64,000 nucleotides of DNA. Origin: an uncultured Verrucomicrobiae bacterium (lineage in GTDB: Bacteria; Verrucomicrobiota; Verrucomicrobiia; Chthoniobacterales; JAFAMB01). How positions within the stretch are numbered: position 1 is the first letter of the stretch; each line of letters begins with the position of its first letter. The stretch covers positions 64,001 through 128,000 of the forward strand of contig CAWEXO010000002.1 of NCBI GenBank assembly GCA_963813025.1, written 5' to 3'. The notes beneath the pieces are model-generated. The model did no database searches. It worked only from the letters and a program-made list of their open reading frames with translations, and was not told the origin of the DNA. Position numbers and translations under genes: made by a program. Of the stretch, positions 10,859 through 19,296 are shown piece by piece.

Positions 10859-11491
10859 TTAAAAACCACCGGGAGAGCCGGAAAACTCTCTCAAGAGAAA
10901 CTCCGCGAGGGCCTGCTTGGTGGTAAAGACCTCTCTCAGCCCGTCCGCCCGGCAAAACCCAAAACCCTCGCCAAAAGCCCGGCCATTGATCACGCAAGCG
11001 TCCGTGCGGTTTTCGAGAATCTGGCGGCGCGCTTTTTCGGTTAACTGATGCCGGTCGCCGTCCAGCTCATACTTCCAGCCGACAAGAATTGCGGAGGGAA
11101 AGAGCGTCCGCAATCGCCCGATCAACTTCGGTTTTGGTCGAAGCTGCAAAACAATCTGGCCAGAGGCACTAGAGAGCTTTCCCCTTCTCTGCCCCGGCGC
11201 GACCCGCCTCACTTCAAAGTCGGCAAGAGCGGCCACATGGAACACCAAACCCACTTCTGGCCGCCCGGGCAAATCGGTCAGCAATCGTTCGAGGTCTTCG
11301 TTTGTCCGGAAAAATACCGCGGCCTCGGCACGGACGATCGCGCCGCTTCCCAGAAAAAGCTGGACCTGGTGTCCGGCCCCGCGAAAAACACGCGCAAGGA
11401 TTACCGCGAGCTCCCCGGTCGAATGATTCGTAATTATCCGAACCTCATCAATGGGTTCGCTGGCTGGACCACCCGTAATAACCACCTGCAT
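10859..11491 (-). CDS. coaB: Phosphopantothenate-cysteine ligase (CoaB-like, stand-alone)
   Basis: VITGGPASEPIDEVRIITNHSTG, HVAALADF, GKLSS, LVGWKYE. Confidence 0.8.
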   Translation of the reverse strand: MQVVITGGPASEPIDEVRIITNHSTGELAVILARVFRGAGHQVQLFLGSGAIVRAEAAVFFRTNEDLERLLTDLPGRPEVGLVFHVAALADFEVRRVAPGQRRGKLSSASGQIVLQLRPKPKLIGRLRTLFPSAILVGWKYELDGDRHQLTEKARRQILENRTDACVINGRAFGEGFGFCRADGLREVFTTKQALAEFLLREFSGSPGGF

Positions 11492-11781
11492 CTGCTAAAA
11501 TATGGCGAAGAGGGAAATCAGCAGCCTCCTTTTGAAACGGCGCCCAGGTTCCGCTAAACTAGGAAATGATCTCTGGCGCCGCGTCGCTTGTCCTTTCAAA
11601 CACTTTTTCCGAGAAGGCGGTAATCGCGGCGGCCGCCAGCCTGCGAGACCGGGATCGGCGGCAATGCCGCGCTGGGTTTTCTGTTCGCGACTGAAGAGTG
11701 GCTTCCGCAACTAGAAGATACTTTGGAATTGGTTCGTGGCCTGGCAAGCGCAACCGACGGTGAAGCCGTGCCCTTTCGAGA
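11459..11781. repeat. Degenerate duplicate of the coaB/FIST intergenic region and FIST 5' end
   Basis: 11459-11736 aligns to 17214-17491 and 11737-11781 to 17795-17839, with indels and an internal deletion of about 300 bp. Confidence 0.9.
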
Positions 11782-11787
11782 ATTCTC

Positions 11788-13179
11788 CTAAGAAACTAAA
11801 TCCGTGGCTGGGTCTAGAGGCGTGAGTTGGAGTCCGAATTCTTTGGCTCGTCGGCTGAGATTGTGAAGTAGGCGGTCTTTGTATTTTTTCTCGTAGTAGA
11901 GTTGCCCTTGCTCGACATAGGCAGCTCCGAACTTGAGCATGCGATAGAACAAGCGTGCCAGTTTATGAGCTCCGGCGTTGATGGCGGTGGGTGCCCCCAA
12001 TCGGGCTTTGATGCGGCGGATAAAAGCGCCGATGGCCGTCTTACTTTGCATGGCTCCTTGGGCCGCGAGCCGGAACATGGCCGCCGCGCGATTCTTGGTT
12101 TTTCTGGGGCTGGAACTGAGCAGTTTGCCGCCGCTGATGCGATTGTTCGGACAGAGTTTAAGCCAGGAGCAAAAGTGTTTTTCGCTTTTCCAACAGGTCA
12201 TGTCTAAACCCGTTTCCGAAATGATGACTTCCACCGCCAAGGTGCTCAAGCCAGGCAACTGACTCAGATCGACACCACAAACGCTGGCCAGATGCGCTCG
12301 GCGCTGCAGGGCTAGGCGAACTTGGGCCGACCGTGCTTGGGCCGCCCCGCTTTGCTCGAGGGCTTGCTCCAAATCTAGTTTAGTGTCGAATTGCTCAAGT
12401 TGTTGCTCAATCTTGCTTTCGCAGGCGGTGATCTTGAGCTGGTAGGTGTCATAGAGTTCCAGGGCCGTTTGCAAGGCGAAGAGATGCTCGGCTCGGTAAT
12501 CTCCCTGTAAGGCTTTGACGATCTGATCAGTGGATGCTTTCACTTGGGGGTGTTTCATCTGGGCAAGCTTGAGCGGATTGCGTTCTCCGGCCAAAATCGC
12601 CCGAATCATCGCCATGCCACTATAACCGGTGATGTCGCTCAACACGCGGTGCACTTGGATATTCATTTCGGTTAAGGCCTTCTGCATGCGTAACACATGG
12701 CTGCTGCAGTCCTTAACCAAGGTGTCGCGCAGGCGCAGGAAGCTGCGCAAGACGCAGACCTCGTCCTTGGGTCGGAACGAGCCGTTTAAAAGACCAAAGG
12801 TGTGGAGTTGTTGAAGCCATTGGCAGTCCGAGACGTCGCTTTTGCGTCCAGGCAGATTCTTGACATGAGCTGCGTTGACCAATTTTACCTCCAACCCTCT
12901 CTGCTCCAGAATCTGGAACACCGGTATCCAATAAACCCCCGTTGATTCCATCACTACGGTCTCAATGTGGTGTTCGCTCAGCCAGTCAGCCATCCGCTGC
13001 AGATCGCTCGTAAAAGGGCCAAACTTGCGCACCGTTTCTGAGCCGCGGTCTTCGGAAATGGCCACCAGGTGAAAATTCGCCCCGATATCGATTCCTGCGG
13101 CCTTGAGATTGATCCGTTCCAGAACACTCCGGTGAGTTTTTGATTTGTTCTTTCGCTTGGTCGTGGTTTTCTTTGCCAT
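11788..13179 (-). CDS. IS110-family transposase/recombinase (DEDD)
   Basis: GIDIG, VVMESTGVYW and KSDVSDC RuvC-like DEDD residues; C-terminal SWLKLCPNNRISGGK with the conserved Ser. Confidence 0.95.
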   Translation of the reverse strand: MAKKTTTKRKNKSKTHRSVLERINLKAAGIDIGANFHLVAISEDRGSETVRKFGPFTSDLQRMADWLSEHHIETVVMESTGVYWIPVFQILEQRGLEVKLVNAAHVKNLPGRKSDVSDCQWLQQLHTFGLLNGSFRPKDEVCVLRSFLRLRDTLVKDCSSHVLRMQKALTEMNIQVHRVLSDITGYSGMAMIRAILAGERNPLKLAQMKHPQVKASTDQIVKALQGDYRAEHLFALQTALELYDTYQLKITACESKIEQQLEQFDTKLDLEQALEQSGAAQARSAQVRLALQRRAHLASVCGVDLSQLPGLSTLAVEVIISETGLDMTCWKSEKHFCSWLKLCPNNRISGGKLLSSSPRKTKNRAAAMFRLAAQGAMQSKTAIGAFIRRIKARLGAPTAINAGAHKLARLFYRMLKFGAAYVEQGQLYYEKKYKDRLLHNLSRRAKEFGLQLTPLDPATDLVS

Positions 13180-13427
13180 ACCTCTCTTGGGTTAGATGTT
13201 GTTCTTGCTTTCACACTGCAGCGCATCGGCCCGAGTTGGTAGATAGAGAGAAATCTCCTAAACAGGATAGCTCCAGATCGGCAAACAACCCGATCTGGAG
13301 CTTCGCTAATGCAACAACCAAAACGCTCGGAACCAAACTAGCTATCGGGCATAAAGCTCCAATGCCACACCGGTCTTAACTGCCGACCCACTGCTGCCTA
13401 CTTTCTACGTCGAGATGCCCAAGGCAA
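13180..13427 (-). ncRNA. Candidate IS110 bridge RNA region
   Basis: Non-coding leader with a perfect 13-bp stem (13269-13281/13290-13302) and a 10-nt match to the inferred donor junction. Confidence 0.55.
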
Positions 13428-13530
13428 TCAATCCAGTGTTTCTTGCCGCAAAAAGAACGCGCAGAGTTCTGGGGAACTAGCTAGATTATCGAGGCGAAGG
13501 CAGCGCTCCTTTTTTTGCATTCCCAAAAGG

Positions 13531-13561
13531 AAAACCCGCCTCAGAGCCAACTGAGGCGGGT
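13531..13561 (-). terminator. Intrinsic terminator after the small lipoprotein gene
   Basis: acccgcctcag-agccaa-ctgaggcgggt stem with a U-tract on the minus strand; repeated near 15826-15854. Confidence 0.65.
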
Positions 13562-13584
13562 ACAATTCTCCTAGGGTCGAAACC

Positions 13585-13716
13585 TTATTTGGAGAGACTT
13601 TCTTTACCGGTCGGTGCGGGTGGGGGCGCCGGCGGCGGAGCCTTTTCACAACAGGCAGAGACCCCAAGTGTTGCGGCGGTGAAAGCCGCTAAAATGAAGT
13701 ATTTAACAAAGTTCAT
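13585..13716 (-). CDS. 43-aa proline-rich small lipoprotein, copy 1 (absent from the ORF track)
   Basis: MNFVKYFILAAFTAATLGVSA-CCEKAPPPAPPPAPTGKESLSK; lipobox VSAC; followed by a terminator. Confidence 0.75.
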   Translation of the reverse strand: MNFVKYFILAAFTAATLGVSACCEKAPPPAPPPAPTGKESLSK

Positions 13717-14139
13717 AGGGCTTAAAACCAGAAGTGGTCAGTGCCAAACTTGCTACTGACGTAAACTTCAAGCCATTTAGGCGTGGGGGACCAACAGGGT
13801 AATCCATCTCTCGTTTTTTCTTGGTTAAGGGATTAATGAAGGACAAGAGGTGGTTTAGCGGAGACGGAAGGAGCGTGTCCAGAATAAATTGCAAAATTTT
13901 TTTGAACATTTTCACTCCGCCGGGTCGCTTTTAAGTTGGGCAAAGTATTTTGCTACAGCGCGCAGGCGCTTTTGTATGTCAGGATGCACCGTGCATTCCG
14001 GCCAGTTCTTCGATCTTTCGTTTCGGGCCGGCCGCTTCTTCAATCTCCCCATTCTACCCAAGCGGAGCGCGAGCTGCGCGATCCTGTCTTTTGTTGCGCA
14101 ACTTGCTGCTCCCATCTAAACGCGCACTTTTGGCGGCCG

Positions 14140-14321
14140 TCCAAACCGTCACCATTACCGTCACGGTAAGAAGGTCGCGCCTGGTGCCCGTCTGGCATGG
14201 CTTCAACCGCGACCATGCCCGCGCCGCCGTCCGGCGCATCCGCGATCGCGAGGAGCAGTGCCAACTCGGGCGTCTCGACTGGGCCGAGTGGAAAGCGTAC
14301 CGCTATGAAGGTCGCCCGTGA
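14140..14321 (+). pseudogene. Phd/YefM-like antitoxin remnant
   Basis: TVTIT-(frameshift)-RHGKKVARLVP...HARAAVRRIRDR...DWAEWKAYRYEGRP*; the stop overlaps the GTG of a PIN toxin remnant. Confidence 0.55.
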
Positions 14322-14352
14322 GTCTTGTCCTTGATAGCTCGGGGCACTTGCC

Positions 14353-15522
14353 TAGTCACATGTCTCTTAAATAATAGTGACATTTATTTCTCCTCAAGAG
14401 CGGCCTGCCAAGCGCGCTGGATCTTGGCCAGAATCTCTTCTCCTTGAGCCCTCCAAACATAACGCTTCGGATGGAGATTATGTTGAGCCAGGTATTGCAT
14501 GATCGCCTCAACCAGTTGGCCGACACTGCCAAAGCTGCCGGGCAGGATCGTCTGCTGGCTCAGATCGCGGAAGAAGCGCTCGACCATATTCATCCAGGAG
14601 GAACTGGTTGGGGTAAAGTGCAGTTCGAAACGCGGATGGCGTTCCAACCAACGCCGGACGCTCGGATGTTTGTGAGTGGCGTAATTGTCCAGAATGATGT
14701 GGATGTGTTGGCTCACGGGGATCTCCCGGTCAATGCGCTTGAGGAATTCGAGCCATTGGCGGTGCGTGTGTTTGTGAGCGGTGTGGGCGATTACTTTTCC
14801 CTGCAGGTAGTCGAGCGCGGCAAAGAGGGTGACCGTGCCATTGCGATAGTAATCGTGGGTTTGGGTACGAATATGCCCTTTGCCCAGCGGCAGACCGGGT
14901 TGGCTGCGTTGCAGCGCTTGGATCTGGCTTTTCTCGTCACAGCAAAGCACCACCGCATTCTGGGGCGGATTGAGGTAGAGCCCGATCACGTCCCAAAACT
15001 TCGCTTCAAAGTCCGGATCGGTCGAAAGCTTAAAGACCCGTGTCAGATGCGGCTTGATTTCATTCTCGCTCCAAACCCGCTGCACGGTTGCCTTGGACAG
15101 TCCCAACTCCCGAGCCATTGCTCGACAAGTCCAGCGCGCTTGACCGTGCGGAGGCCGGGTGGCTTGATCGAGGATCTGCCGCAAGACAGCGGCTGCAATG
15201 CGGCCCTTACGGCCCGAGCGCGGCTGATCCTGCAAAGCGGCCAGCCCGCCTTCGCTGAAGCGCCTTCGCCACTTCCTGACTTGGTTATAGTGCATATCGA
15301 CCTCTCGGCCGATGCTCCGATCCCTTTTGCCTGCTGCCGCCAACTGGATCACTCGCGCCCGTTGGGCCAAGCCATGAGGAGTGCTTTGGGCGCGCAGCAA
15401 TTGCTGCAGTCGCTGCTCTTCAGCCGAACTCAATTCCACTTTTCGCCGCGCCCGCTTAGCCATGCAGCCAGCGAAGCATTTTTCTCTTAGAATGTCACTA
15501 TTATTTAAGAGACACTAGACTA
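14353..15522 (-). mobile_element. IS630-family insertion sequence
   Basis: Inverted ends tgtctcttaaataatagtgacatt (14361-14384) / aatgtcactattatttaagagaca (15491-15514); CTAG at both boundaries, consistent with TA duplication. Confidence 0.92.
14384..15463 (-). CDS. IS630 transposase
   Basis: N-terminal HTH, VLCCDEKSQIQAL, ILDNYATHK, FTPTSSSWMNMVERFF. Confidence 0.95.
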   Translation of the reverse strand: MAKRARRKVELSSAEEQRLQQLLRAQSTPHGLAQRARVIQLAAAGKRDRSIGREVDMHYNQVRKWRRRFSEGGLAALQDQPRSGRKGRIAAAVLRQILDQATRPPHGQARWTCRAMARELGLSKATVQRVWSENEIKPHLTRVFKLSTDPDFEAKFWDVIGLYLNPPQNAVVLCCDEKSQIQALQRSQPGLPLGKGHIRTQTHDYYRNGTVTLFAALDYLQGKVIAHTAHKHTHRQWLEFLKRIDREIPVSQHIHIILDNYATHKHPSVRRWLERHPRFELHFTPTSSSWMNMVERFFRDLSQQTILPGSFGSVGQLVEAIMQYLAQHNLHPKRYVWRAQGEEILAKIQRAWQAALEEK

Positions 15523-15775
15523 GATCTACAGCGACGAAACCATCGATGCGATTCGGCAGTTGTTCGATGCCAGCGCCGACCCGCGGTCGGACTGGCTGGC
15601 GGTCATGCCCGCAGAAGCCCAGCTTTTCGCGCCCGGGTCCGACCAGAAACCACACAAAGCATTCCTGGCGAAGCTGGGCGAGATTATCACGTCGGCAGTG
15701 AGGCCAGCCGCCTGATTCGCTCAAGAACGCGGGAGCGATCATGATAAGTTGACTACACGGCGGGAGGAACTCTAA

Positions 15776-16432
15776 ATTATCGAGGTTAAGGCAGCGCTCC
15801 TTTTTTTGCATTCCCAAAAAAGGAGAACCCGCCTCAGAGCCAACTGAGGCGGGTACAATTCTCCTAGGGTCGAAACCTTATTTGGAGAGACTTTCTTTAC
15901 CGGTCGGTGCGGGTGGCGGCGCCGGCGGTGGAGCCTTTTCACAACAGGCAGAGACCCCAAGTGTTGCGGCGGTGAAAGCCGCTAAAATGAAGTATTTAAC
16001 AAAGTTCATAGGGCTTAAAACCAGAAGTGGTCAGTAGCGCCAAACTTGCTACTGACGTAAACTTCAAGCCATTTAGGCGTGGGGGACCAACAGGGTAATC
16101 CATCTCTCGTTTTTTCTTGGTTAAGGGATTAATGAAGGACAACAGGTGGTTTAGCGGAGACGGAAGGAGCGTGTCCAGAATAAATTACAAATTTTTTTGA
16201 ACATTTTCATTCCGCCGTGTCGCTTTTAAGTTGGGCAAAGTATTTTGCTACAGCGCGCAGGCGCTCTTGTATGTCAGGATGCACCGTGCATTCCGGCCAG
16301 TTCTTCGATCTTTCGTTTCGGGCCGGCCGCTTCTTCAATCTCCCCCATTCTACCCAAGCGGAGCGCGAGCTGCGCGATCCTGTCTTTTGTTGCGCAACTT
16401 GCTGCTCCCATCCAAACGCGCACTTTTGGCGG
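15776..16432. repeat. About 650-bp direct repeat, copy 2
   Basis: Near-identical to 13485-14136. Confidence 0.95.
15878..16009 (-). CDS. 43-aa small lipoprotein, copy 2
   Basis: Same peptide as 13585-13716; the two nucleotide differences are synonymous Pro codons. Confidence 0.75.
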   Translation of the reverse strand: MNFVKYFILAAFTAATLGVSACCEKAPPPAPPPAPTGKESLSK

Positions 16433-16563
16433 TGCCTCCGCCTCTTCTAGGGAGACAATCTCTTGACGGCCGCTTTTTTCCTTGGAACGCCTACAAATCG
16501 CGACCACTTTATGGTTATCGAAGGCTGCCAATTTGTGATTCAATTTTAGTCGCGTATTAACCG

Positions 16564-17208
16564 ATGAACCTAATAATATTTCTTCTCCTGGCGCTCGCGA
16601 CTCCGGTATTTGGCCAGTTGAAGTGGGAGAATCCTGAACAGACCTTGACCGCAAACCCGCTGGATAAGGTCATCGTCGCCAAGTTTCGATTTACCAATGT
16701 CGGAACTACGTCTGTAAAAATTACCGACATGCAGCCATCGTGCGGGTGTACGACTGCGTTCTTGGAAAAGAAGGAGTACGCTCCCGGGGAAGCCGGGGAG
16801 ATTGAGGCGAGGTTTAAGCCTGGCGGCCGACGCGGCCGCCAGGAGAAGTGGATTGTCGTTAAAACGGACTGGGTTCCACCGCAACCGACAATTCTGCGTT
16901 TCACGATCAACATTCCCGAAGCGATTTCGATCCAGCCGGAGCTCGTTTTGTGGCGCATCGGTGATCAACCGAAACCCAAGACGGTTCGGATTACGATCCC
17001 AGACGGGATCCCGGCAAAGGTTGTTTCAGTGCAAGCAGACAATGCAGCGGTGAAGCTCGAACTTCGTGAGATCCGACCAGGCAAAGAGTTGGAGGTAAAG
17101 GTTACGCCGACGACCACCAGCCAGCCAGAAAGCGCCAACCTGCTGATCCGAACCGATTATCCTCCGGAGAACCCGGCGACCCACTATGCGTATGCGCGAG
17201 TGAAATGA
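16564..17208 (+). CDS. Secreted DUF1573-domain protein
   Basis: Signal peptide; FRFTNVG...PSCGCT...YAPGEAGEI motif. Confidence 0.85.
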   Translation: MNLIIFLLLALATPVFGQLKWENPEQTLTANPLDKVIVAKFRFTNVGTTSVKITDMQPSCGCTTAFLEKKEYAPGEAGEIEARFKPGGRRGRQEKWIVVKTDWVPPQPTILRFTINIPEAISIQPELVLWRIGDQPKPKTVRITIPDGIPAKVVSVQADNAAVKLELREIRPGKELEVKVTPTTTSQPESANLLIRTDYPPENPATHYAYARVK

Positions 17209-17321
17209 GGATTGCTGGCTGGGTCGCCCGTAATAACCACCTGCATCGTGCTAAAATATGGCGAAGAGGGAAATCAGCAGCCTTCTTTTGAAACGGCGCC
17301 CAGGTTCCGCTAAACTGGGAA

Positions 17322-18488
17322 ATGATCGCGCGTGCCGCGTCGCTAGTCCTTTCAAACACCTTTTCCGAAGAGGCGGTAATCTCGGCGGCCGCCAGCCTGC
17401 GCGACCGGATCGGCGGCAATGCCGCGCTGGGTTTTCTGTTCGCCACTGAAGAGTGGCTTCCGCAACTCGAAGATACTTTGGAATTGGTTCGCCTCCACGG
17501 GCATGTGCCACAACTGGTCGGCTGCTCTGGCTGGGGTGTCCTCGGCCGCCGAACCGAGCTGGAAAGAGAGCCCGGACTAAGTTTGCTTTTCCTCGCAATC
17601 CCGGAAAACAGCTTCGAGGTTTTCAGCCTCGACGAAGAACAGCTAACCAATTTCGCCGAGTCATTGGCTGGCTCAGCGGCTCGGGAAAAACCCGGTTTCA
17701 CCGGATGGCTCATCCTCGCCAGCCCTGGTTTCGGTGGCTTGGAAAAGTGGCTGAGAGAGTTCGACAAGGCTTGCCCCGACGTTCCTATTTTGGGTGGCCT
17801 GGCAAGCGCAACCGGCGGTGAAGCCGTGCTCTTTCGAGATGGCCATCCGATGTCCGGCCCGGTTCTGGCGATCGGTTGCAAGCGTCCCCTGCAACTCCAA
17901 TGGCTGATCAGCCAAGGTTGTCGCCCGATCGGCGATCCGCTCCCGATCACAAAGGCCGAAGGCAACCTGATCCTGGAGATCGGCAACATTCCAGCTTACC
18001 AGACGCTGGAATCGGCCTTTCTGAGCATACCAGCCGAGGAACGCGTCTCGGTGAAAAATAATCTCTTTGTCGGCTTGGCGGTGTCCGAATACATCGAGGA
18101 ATATCGGCGGGGGGATTTCCTCATTCGCAATATTCTCGGCGCGGATCCGCAAACGGGCGCCTTGGCCATCGGAGCATACCCGCGAGTCGGTCAGACTATC
18201 CAATTCCAGCTGCGCGACGCGCGGTCCGCTCATGAAGATCTAGTCGAAAACGCCTCCGATCTAGCCCAGCGCGCCTCGCATGTTCTCGGAGCCGTGCTGT
18301 TCTCATGTGCCGGACGCGGCCGCAATCTTTTTGGGACACCGAATCACGACGCCACCGTACTGGCCGAACGGCTTGGCGAGGTGCCTCTCGCCGGCTTCTT
18401 TTGTAACGGAGAAATCGGTCCGGTCGGCGGACGCACCTTCGTGCATGGTTACACCGCTTCCGCCGCGGTTCTCACGTTTCGAGAATAG
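17322..18488 (+). CDS. FIST-domain signal transduction protein
   Basis: GCSGWG, ILGGLAS, SQGCRPIG, FSCAGRG, GFFCNGEIGPVGG. Confidence 0.9.
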   Translation: MIARAASLVLSNTFSEEAVISAAASLRDRIGGNAALGFLFATEEWLPQLEDTLELVRLHGHVPQLVGCSGWGVLGRRTELEREPGLSLLFLAIPENSFEVFSLDEEQLTNFAESLAGSAAREKPGFTGWLILASPGFGGLEKWLREFDKACPDVPILGGLASATGGEAVLFRDGHPMSGPVLAIGCKRPLQLQWLISQGCRPIGDPLPITKAEGNLILEIGNIPAYQTLESAFLSIPAEERVSVKNNLFVGLAVSEYIEEYRRGDFLIRNILGADPQTGALAIGAYPRVGQTIQFQLRDARSAHEDLVENASDLAQRASHVLGAVLFSCAGRGRNLFGTPNHDATVLAERLGEVPLAGFFCNGEIGPVGGRTFVHGYTASAAVLTFRE

Positions 18489-18520
18489 TCGCGCACTGCA
18501 ACGTCTCCCCCGTTTACATC

Positions 18521-19078
18521 ATGGAAACACAGCTTGACGCACCGATTCAGACGATCCTTCGGGCATTCCGGTTTGCCGCTTTTAAACATCGGAACCAGAC
18601 TCTCGGAGACGGAGTCACGCCCTATTTTTCGCACGTCGTACGAGTCACCTGGATCCTCCGTGACCTCTTTGCGATCGACGATCAGGACATTATTGTAGCG
18701 ACTATTCTCCACGATTTAATCGAAGACACGGCAACCACGAACGAGGAGATCGCCACTCGTTTCGGACCAACAATCGCCGGATATGTGGACGCGCTCTCCA
18801 AACGCGAAGACCTGCCACGAAAGCCGCGGGATGAAGACTACGAAAACAAACTGCTGGCCGCGCCCGAAATTGTCCGCATCGCAAAGCTCGCGGATATGTT
18901 TGACAATCTTTCCGGACGAGTCGGAACGCCGAAGCAGGCCAGAACAGTGACGAACGCCAAGCGGCTGATGGCGATTTTTCGGGACGCAATCAAAACGTCA
19001 AAGGGGCGCAAGGCATTGGAGCACGTCGAGCAGCTTATACAAGAAATCGAAAATTTGCCGGCGCCAGCGGCATCCTGA
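18521..19078 (+). CDS. HD-domain protein, small alarmone hydrolase (Mesh1/SAH)-like
   Basis: AFRFAAFKHRNQ...PYFSH, ILHDLIEDT, AKLADMFDNL; no synthetase domain. Confidence 0.8.
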   Translation: METQLDAPIQTILRAFRFAAFKHRNQTLGDGVTPYFSHVVRVTWILRDLFAIDDQDIIVATILHDLIEDTATTNEEIATRFGPTIAGYVDALSKREDLPRKPRDEDYENKLLAAPEIVRIAKLADMFDNLSGRVGTPKQARTVTNAKRLMAIFRDAIKTSKGRKALEHVEQLIQEIENLPAPAAS

Positions 19079-19190
19079 ATACATCGCACTTCGCTCCCCT
19101 GCATTTTCAGCAGATTCCGGGTGTTCTGGCGGGGGACCGTATTGTCTGAACTTCGAGCCGTTCCTGAAAGCTGACAAAGACCGAAACGTC

Positions 19191-19206
19191 TTGACCTACT
19201 GGTCAA
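19191..19206. promoter_or_regulatory. Palindromic operator upstream of the RND operon
   Basis: TTGACC-TACT-GGTCAA, 90 nt before the start codon. Confidence 0.5.
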
Positions 19207-19296
19207 CTCGCGGTATCGCTCAATATTTTCTTTGCTGTGATCTACTCTACTCTCCAGTTGTGAGCACCCATCGCCCGAGTCTCCTAACCGCACCTT

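Larger units (their letters stand above)
11784..13429 (-). mobile_element. IS110-family element (ends inferred)
   Basis: IS110 transposase plus a 250-bp structured upstream non-coding end; no terminal IRs; GA core inferred at 11784-11785 and 13428-13429. Confidence 0.75.
13485..14136. repeat. About 650-bp direct repeat, copy 1
   Basis: Near-identical to 15776-16432. Confidence 0.95.
14318..15575 (+). pseudogene. VapC-like PIN toxin remnant interrupted by IS630
   Basis: VSLVLDSS before the IS continues as IYSDETIDAIRQLFDA after it. Confidence 0.55.

Noticed and set aside
13703..14115. Small ORFs 13912-14115 and 13703-13915 in the duplicated unit
   Set aside because: The first is frameshifted in copy 2. 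The second overlaps the promoter-like tract and leader of the lipoprotein gene. Neither has recognisable motifs.
14444..15490. 348-aa plus-strand ORF
   Set aside because: Antisense shadow of the IS630 transposase.
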